The notes below the pieces were generated by a model. It searched no databases, was not told the origin of the DNA, and was given only the letters and a program-made list of their open reading frames with translations. From a virus (taxonomy: Duplodnaviria; Caudoviricetes), in the IMG/VR virus record IMGVR_UViG_3300037448_000006, positions 1 through 46,101 of that record: 46,101 nt of DNA; one strand, written 5' to 3'. A program made the position numbers and the translations under genes. Shown here piece after piece: positions 41,547 through 46,101 of this stretch. Positions within the stretch are counted from its first letter, which is position 1, and each line of letters opens with the position of its first letter.

Positions 41547-43330
41547 CAGATCGGGACATTCCTCTTGGTTCGGACGTTCATCTTGGCTCCCCCTCCGGAC
41601 TGGAGGGAGGTCAGGAGCTGCATCATGTCAGGCATGCCCTGAGGAGCCCCTGAGGGGCCCATAGGAGCGCCCTGAGGCGCTCCCTGGGGTGATGGTCCAG
41701 CCATGCCCTGCGCGGCCCCCTGAGGGGCCGCTACGGGCTTGAACGCCTCCAGGAAGGCTTCATGCACCGGACGGCCCTTCTCGCGCATACTCATCACCTT
41801 CGCGAGCTTGGTGAGCAGATCCACCGGATCCTGACCCTGGGCGGCCAGCGGGCCAAGGGATTGCATGAGCTGCTGGAGTCCGGCCTTCATGGCGTCCTCG
41901 AACTGCTCGGTATCGATCTGCTGCTGCATCTGGGCGATGTCGATCTCCATGGGCAGCTGGCCCATGGTGAAGGTGCGCGAGATCAGGTTGTCACTGCGGA
42001 GCTGGAGCATGGCCACGATGGCGCGGGCCGGATCCTGTCCGGCCGCGAAGCCGTAGGTCACATCGACCGTATGGTTCCCGGCGATGTCCTTGGACGGGAC
42101 GTACTCCTCCTCGAACGGAGTGCCCTGGGCCACGCCACGAATGGTCTTCTTCGTGTTGCCCCACAGCTTCTCGTCCATGTCGAAGCACATCTCCAGGGCC
42201 TGCTTCAGTGCCTGGCCGATCACCTGCTGTCCGGCGGTGATAACCGTGTCGAAGCCGCCCATGAGCGCTTCGACACCCTTGCCGGTGATGATGCTCGCGT
42301 CCAGGTTGCCACTGCGCACCTGAGGCTGGCGGGTGGCCAGCCTCAGTTCGGCCTCCAGGATCTGCGCTTCCTGCATGGCGAACTGGGGAAGGTCGACACC
42401 GACACGCTTGATCTTCTCCGGACTGTCGGTCCGGAGAATGGCGTCGGAACCGAACACCATACTCTGCACATCCTTGGGGAGCGCGAGCGGGGCGCGGACC
42501 GACTTCTCGGCCGCCTCCAGTCCAAGCATCGCCATGCGGCTCTTCGCCAGGTACACCCAGATGGCGTCGTCATAGGCGCCACGGACTTCACGGTCGAACG
42601 AGGGGCGCTTCGCGATGGCGATAGTCAGCCTGCCCATGGGATTGGGCATCTCGTCCACGAAGACATTGGAATGATTCGGCAGGTACATGTAGATGCGGTC
42701 GGCATCCATGTACTTGGCGATCTCGATCTCCCGCTCGGCCCAACCCTGATCGATCGTGCCGCCGTACTGGTCCTGACGCTTGAGCGCCTTCAGGAGGTGC
42801 GGATACTTGGCCACCAGGTGGATGGCCTCCTCCCGCCACACCTTGGTGAACGAGCGGAGTTCGCCGAAGAGCCCGATCTCGGGGTAGGTGCCCTGCGGGT
42901 GCTCGACACGGATGACCGGAGTCATCCGCTCGAAGTCCGGCTCCACGCAGTAGATCGCCATGCCGAACGTCTGGTAGTGGTCGCACATCCTGATCTGCTC
43001 GCCAGCCGGAAGGCGGCTGGCGAGGATGTAGTGCGCGGCGATCTTCGTGCGGCGGGACGAGAACTTCTTGCTGCGCTCCGAAGTCTGGAGACTGTTCGAG
43101 CAGTTCACGGCGGGCATCTGCCCCATGACCTCGGACTTGTCCCGGGCATCCGCGTCGATCAGGTTCGCCACGACAGGGCGGGGCCACGCGTCCGGCAGGG
43201 CGCCCGGGATGACCGTGTCCACCTGGCCGGTACGGATGTCGTGAACGTCGCGATGGCGCTGGTCCCGTTCGCGGGCCGCATCGCGCAGCGCATCCACCTT
43301 CTTGTGGATGCGCTCGTACGTCTCGTTCAT
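41546..43330 (-). CDS. portal protein
   Basis: 594 aa after terminase/lysin; VVANLID, IITGKGVEALMGGFDT; Pro/Gly/Gln-rich tail. Confidence 0.85.
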   Translation of the reverse strand: MNETYERIHKKVDALRDAARERDQRHRDVHDIRTGQVDTVIPGALPDAWPRPVVANLIDADARDKSEVMGQMPAVNCSNSLQTSERSKKFSSRRTKIAAHYILASRLPAGEQIRMCDHYQTFGMAIYCVEPDFERMTPVIRVEHPQGTYPEIGLFGELRSFTKVWREEAIHLVAKYPHLLKALKRQDQYGGTIDQGWAEREIEIAKYMDADRIYMYLPNHSNVFVDEMPNPMGRLTIAIAKRPSFDREVRGAYDDAIWVYLAKSRMAMLGLEAAEKSVRAPLALPKDVQSMVFGSDAILRTDSPEKIKRVGVDLPQFAMQEAQILEAELRLATRQPQVRSGNLDASIITGKGVEALMGGFDTVITAGQQVIGQALKQALEMCFDMDEKLWGNTKKTIRGVAQGTPFEEEYVPSKDIAGNHTVDVTYGFAAGQDPARAIVAMLQLRSDNLISRTFTMGQLPMEIDIAQMQQQIDTEQFEDAMKAGLQQLMQSLGPLAAQGQDPVDLLTKLAKVMSMREKGRPVHEAFLEAFKPVAAPQGAAQGMAGPSPQGAPQGAPMGPSGAPQGMPDMMQLLTSLQSGGGAKMNVRTKRNVPI

Positions 43331-43341
43331 GATGCCTCCAC

Positions 43342-43557
43342 TCAGGCGCGGAGAGCCTTGTCGTAGGCGACGAGCTGGAGGAACTCGGCGTCACTGCCGT
43401 AGGCGATCGTGTAGTCAGCGTCGGGATAGCCCCACGCCGTCCACTCGGCCTGGGTCAGGAGGCGGGTGTAGCCACTCGGCCAGATGCCGAACAGCTCATT
43501 GCCCTGACCCTGGTGGGAGTCACCCTTGACAAGGATGAGGCCCTCGGGCTTGCTCAT
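43342..43557 (-). CDS. hypothetical protein
   Basis: GGAG RBS, starts MSKPEGLILVKG. Confidence 0.75.
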   Translation of the reverse strand: MSKPEGLILVKGDSHQGQGNELFGIWPSGYTRLLTQAEWTAWGYPDADYTIAYGSDAEFLQLVAYDKALRA

Positions 43558-43558
43558 G

Positions 43559-44158
43559 TCATACTCCGATCGCTCGGTAGGCTCGCGGCCTGCGACGGCT
43601 CGGAGCGGGGGAAGGCTTGGGGGCGGGAGGAGCCTGGGCCGGGTACTTGTGCACTCGGCGCTTGATCTCCGGCAGCACGTAGTCATGGAACTGCTTACGG
43701 CGGGCATCGCCCGGACAGGCGGTTCCGCCGTCACTCCACTGCGGGAACATCGAGTGGTATCCCATGCCCGGCTTGTCCCACGCGGTGGGGATCTCGGGCG
43801 GGATTCCGTGGGCCATGTTCAGCCACACGCCGAGCTGGACCAGCTTCTCCAGCTGCTCAGCGGTCCACGGATCGGTGTGCTTGTCGTTGCTCGCGGTCTC
43901 CACGGAGACCGCTCGCACGTTGGCGTACATGTTGGCATCGGCACGGGTCTGCGTGCCGATGAACTGGCCGAGGTCACCGTCGTACGCCAGGCCGAAGTGC
44001 GACTCCAGATTGGTGGAGTCCCGCCAGTACTCGAAGATCCGCTGCACCTTCCAGGGTGCAGCGATGGAGTGCATGATGAACTGCGTGGGCTTGATCGCAG
44101 CCTGAGCATCGGACTCGGGTTGCAGCTCCAGCTTGCGGGCGAACGGACACCAGGCCAT
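43559..44158 (-). CDS. endolysin, N-acetylmuramoyl-L-alanine amidase (catalytic domain only)
   Basis: IMHS, SHF, SVET, GYH and TACPG Zn-amidase_2 motifs. Confidence 0.9.
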   Translation of the reverse strand: MAWCPFARKLELQPESDAQAAIKPTQFIMHSIAAPWKVQRIFEYWRDSTNLESHFGLAYDGDLGQFIGTQTRADANMYANVRAVSVETASNDKHTDPWTAEQLEKLVQLGVWLNMAHGIPPEIPTAWDKPGMGYHSMFPQWSDGGTACPGDARRKQFHDYVLPEIKRRVHKYPAQAPPAPKPSPAPSRRRPRAYRAIGV

Positions 44159-44304
44159 CAGGCCCCCTCCCCATTCTGACCCTTGACCCATCCGGGGCAC
44201 TTGGCCCATCCGTCCGAGTGCTTGAAGATGTGAGCGCCGTGAGCCTCCTGGAAGGTCCATCTCTCACAGGGACGATCGAACTTCGGGATCAATGGGACCA
44301 CCAT
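44158..44304 (-). CDS. small C/H-motif protein (~48 aa)
   Basis: MVVPLIPKFDRPCERWTFQEAHGAHIFKHSDGWAKCPGWVKGQNGEGA fills the gap; stop coupled to the amidase ATG. Confidence 0.6.
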   Translation of the reverse strand: MVVPLIPKFDRPCERWTFQEAHGAHIFKHSDGWAKCPGWVKGQNGEGA

Positions 44305-46101
44305 CCTTGGATGCCATCGCTGATGGCGTTCTGGGCGTAGTGATCCAGGTCGATCACCATCTGCTTGTTCTTGTCCCGCTCCGAGAGGTACGGGTTCATG
44401 ATGTGGAACTCCTGGCGGGAGATGTCCTCCGACAGCTCACGGCACCGGATCTCCGCGAACCACAGGGCCATCACACAGTCCGTCTTGCGCTTCGACTTGT
44501 GACCCGGCTGCTCCGGCTCCCAGGTGACCAGCTGCTCGATCAGAGCCCGCACGCCTTCGGCGTTCTTCTTCGGGAGACGGATCAGGTTGCTCTTCGTCTC
44601 CCAGCCGTCGAACAGCATCGACATGGAGGCGACACCGAAGTCCGCGTCCCACTTGTTCTTACCGGTGAAGTGCTCGGACAGCTGGCAGCCACGGTTGGCC
44701 AGGAACTGCCGGATCTCCCGGGACTGAGTGATCATGAGGTTCATGGCGTTCTTCTCGATACGCCACTCGTTCATCCGGTACTTGACCGTCCAGTCCTTGA
44801 TCTTGTCGAAGATCTCGTCCGGCTTGGTGGGTGCCGTCCACACGTCCAGCACCCACCTCACACCGGTACGGCGGTCCATCGCTATCACGATGGCCGCCGA
44901 GTTGCCCGTCACGGCGGGGTCGAAGCCGCCGATGATGTAACACCCCTCGGTGCCGTTGGGACGGCCCTGAGCCGTCCCGCCGCCCATGGGGCCAGGACTG
45001 CGCGCATCGTCAACGCAGCCCATCACAGCAGCCTGCTGGAAGATCGAATCTTCCGTAACCTGCGCCTGCTGGTAGACCAGAGCCCAGTTCCTGGGAGACA
45101 TCTGGCGTCGCCTGCGCGCAAGCGCAGGCCCGTCCCACATGGGATAGAGACCGTCCTCGCCCTGCTCGACCTTGGCTCGACCGGCGACAGAAACAGGGGG
45201 ACGGTTCGTCTTGGGCCACAGAGTGACCCAATCCTCGGGATCGTCCGCGAACTCCAGCACAGCAGGCTGAGTCAGGTACGTCCACGGAGACTCTTCGTCG
45301 TTGTAGTAGGAAGGCTTCGTGATCTCGCCGTACAGGTCGACGGGAGCCAGGCGAGTTCCGATCAGCAGGATCTTGGAGCCGAACTGCGAGTTGCGGTTGT
45401 ACACCTCTCGCTGCATCCAGTCCATCTGCTTGATGAACTCGTGGGCGTTCTTGCCCGTGACCGTGTCGTCGAAGATGATCAGGTCCGAGCGGGAACCGTA
45501 GATGTGGCCCGTGATACCGAGAGCCTGGACCGTCGGGGACGCCTCACCCGAGTCGCGAAGCTCAGGGTTGATGTAGATGCTGTCCGCCGTCCAGGCGGAC
45601 GAGTTCGCATTGAACCCGCCCTCGGGGGCGAAGTCGATCTGAAGCTTGCGGTAGTTCGGATTCGGGGAAGCGAGGCGATCCTTGATCGCCCGCAGGAACC
45701 TCTTCGCCATCTCCTGCGTCTGAGACACCAGGATCACACGGATGTTCGGATCCTGGCAGATGCGGTACGTCACGTAGTTCACGGTGATCGTGGTGGACTT
45801 GGCGTGCTCCGGAGGAGTGTTCACCATGATGAAGTCCGGATCGCCCTTGTCGTACCGCTGGGCGGGATGGAGATTCCGAGGTTCACGACCCTCCAGCAGG
45901 TCGACCCACTGGAGGTGGTGGTTGAACAGCTGGGTGTCCAGGTACTTCATGCAGAACTCCTCGAAGCTCGGCATGGAGTTCCGTGCCTCGGGCATCACAC
46001 CCTGACGAGTGAGCTTGATCCTGTCGTCCCGCATACGGAAGTCGGGATCCGACTGACGCCAGTAGTTCACTCCCTGGATCGTCATGCCGATCTCGTCGGC
46101 C
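44289..46101 (-). CDS. terL: terminase large subunit (5' end wraps to 1-122)
   Basis: PPEHAKST Walker A-like, LIIFDD Walker B, GTR, GGFDPA and DCVMALW nuclease motifs. Confidence 0.93.
   Translation of the reverse strand, partial: ADEIGMTIQGVNYWRQSDPDFRMRDDRIKLTRQGVMPEARNSMPSFEEFCMKYLDTQLFNHHLQWVDLLEGREPRNLHPAQRYDKGDPDFIMVNTPPEHAKSTTITVNYVTYRICQDPNIRVILVSQTQEMAKRFLRAIKDRLASPNPNYRKLQIDFAPEGGFNANSSAWTADSIYINPELRDSGEASPTVQALGITGHIYGSRSDLIIFDDTVTGKNAHEFIKQMDWMQREVYNRNSQFGSKILLIGTRLAPVDLYGEITKPSYYNDEESPWTYLTQPAVLEFADDPEDWVTLWPKTNRPPVSVAGRAKVEQGEDGLYPMWDGPALARRRRQMSPRNWALVYQQAQVTEDSIFQQAAVMGCVDDARSPGPMGGGTAQGRPNGTEGCYIIGGFDPAVTGNSAAIVIAMDRRTGVRWVLDVWTAPTKPDEIFDKIKDWTVKYRMNEWRIEKNAMNLMITQSREIRQFLANRGCQLSEHFTGKNKWDADFGVASMSMLFDGWETKSNLIRLPKKNAEGVRALIEQLVTWEPEQPGHKSKRKTDCVMALWFAEIRCRELSEDISRQEFHIMNPYLSERDKNKQMVIDLDHYAQNAISDGIQGWWSH

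Noticed and set aside
23044-43366. Long + strand ORFs (e.g. 23044-25137, 25752-27380, 35815-38025, 38746-40629, 41762-43366)
   Set aside because: Antisense shadows of GC3-biased virion genes, with no RBS or recognisable motifs.
46072-46101. 30-bp direct terminal repeat as biological genome ends
   Set aside because: It falls inside the terminase coding sequence, so it is better explained as assembly overlap of a circular contig.

Overview
The window is essentially a complete, circularly closed, GC-rich lytic actinobacteriophage genome. Bases 1-30 repeat 46072-46101 and the terminase gene crosses that junction. It looks like a Streptomyces-type podovirus (inferred from WhiB, codon usage and gene order). 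Layout: (1) a palindrome-rich non-coding control/terminus region (~125-1100); (2) + strand early genes (1130-7860) behind a structured leader and punctuated by repeated ~55-nt hairpins; (3) an inverted island (7910-10247) with a sigma factor and a metallophosphoesterase; (4) + strand replication/accessory genes (10297-22091): WhiB fusion, Cas4/RecB-like nuclease, SSB-like protein, DnaB-like helicase, resolvase, split primase, dCMP deaminase and many Cys/His microproteins; (5) - strand virion and lysis genes (46101 down to 22136): terminase, amidase, portal, internal virion proteins, tRNA-Asn, scaffold, capsid, tail proteins and holin. I found no integrase, repressor, tape measure or DNA polymerase. 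Most interesting: two ~60-nt D-stem-less mini-tRNAs (one with full alanine identity, resembling the tRNA-like domain of tmRNA), an rrn-like boxA leader followed by repeated RNase III-like cassettes, an Acb2/Tad1-like sponge gene in the late operon, two perfect Crp boxes upstream of the terminase, and three families of metal-binding microproteins. All calls come from motif recognition by eye; no database searches were run.
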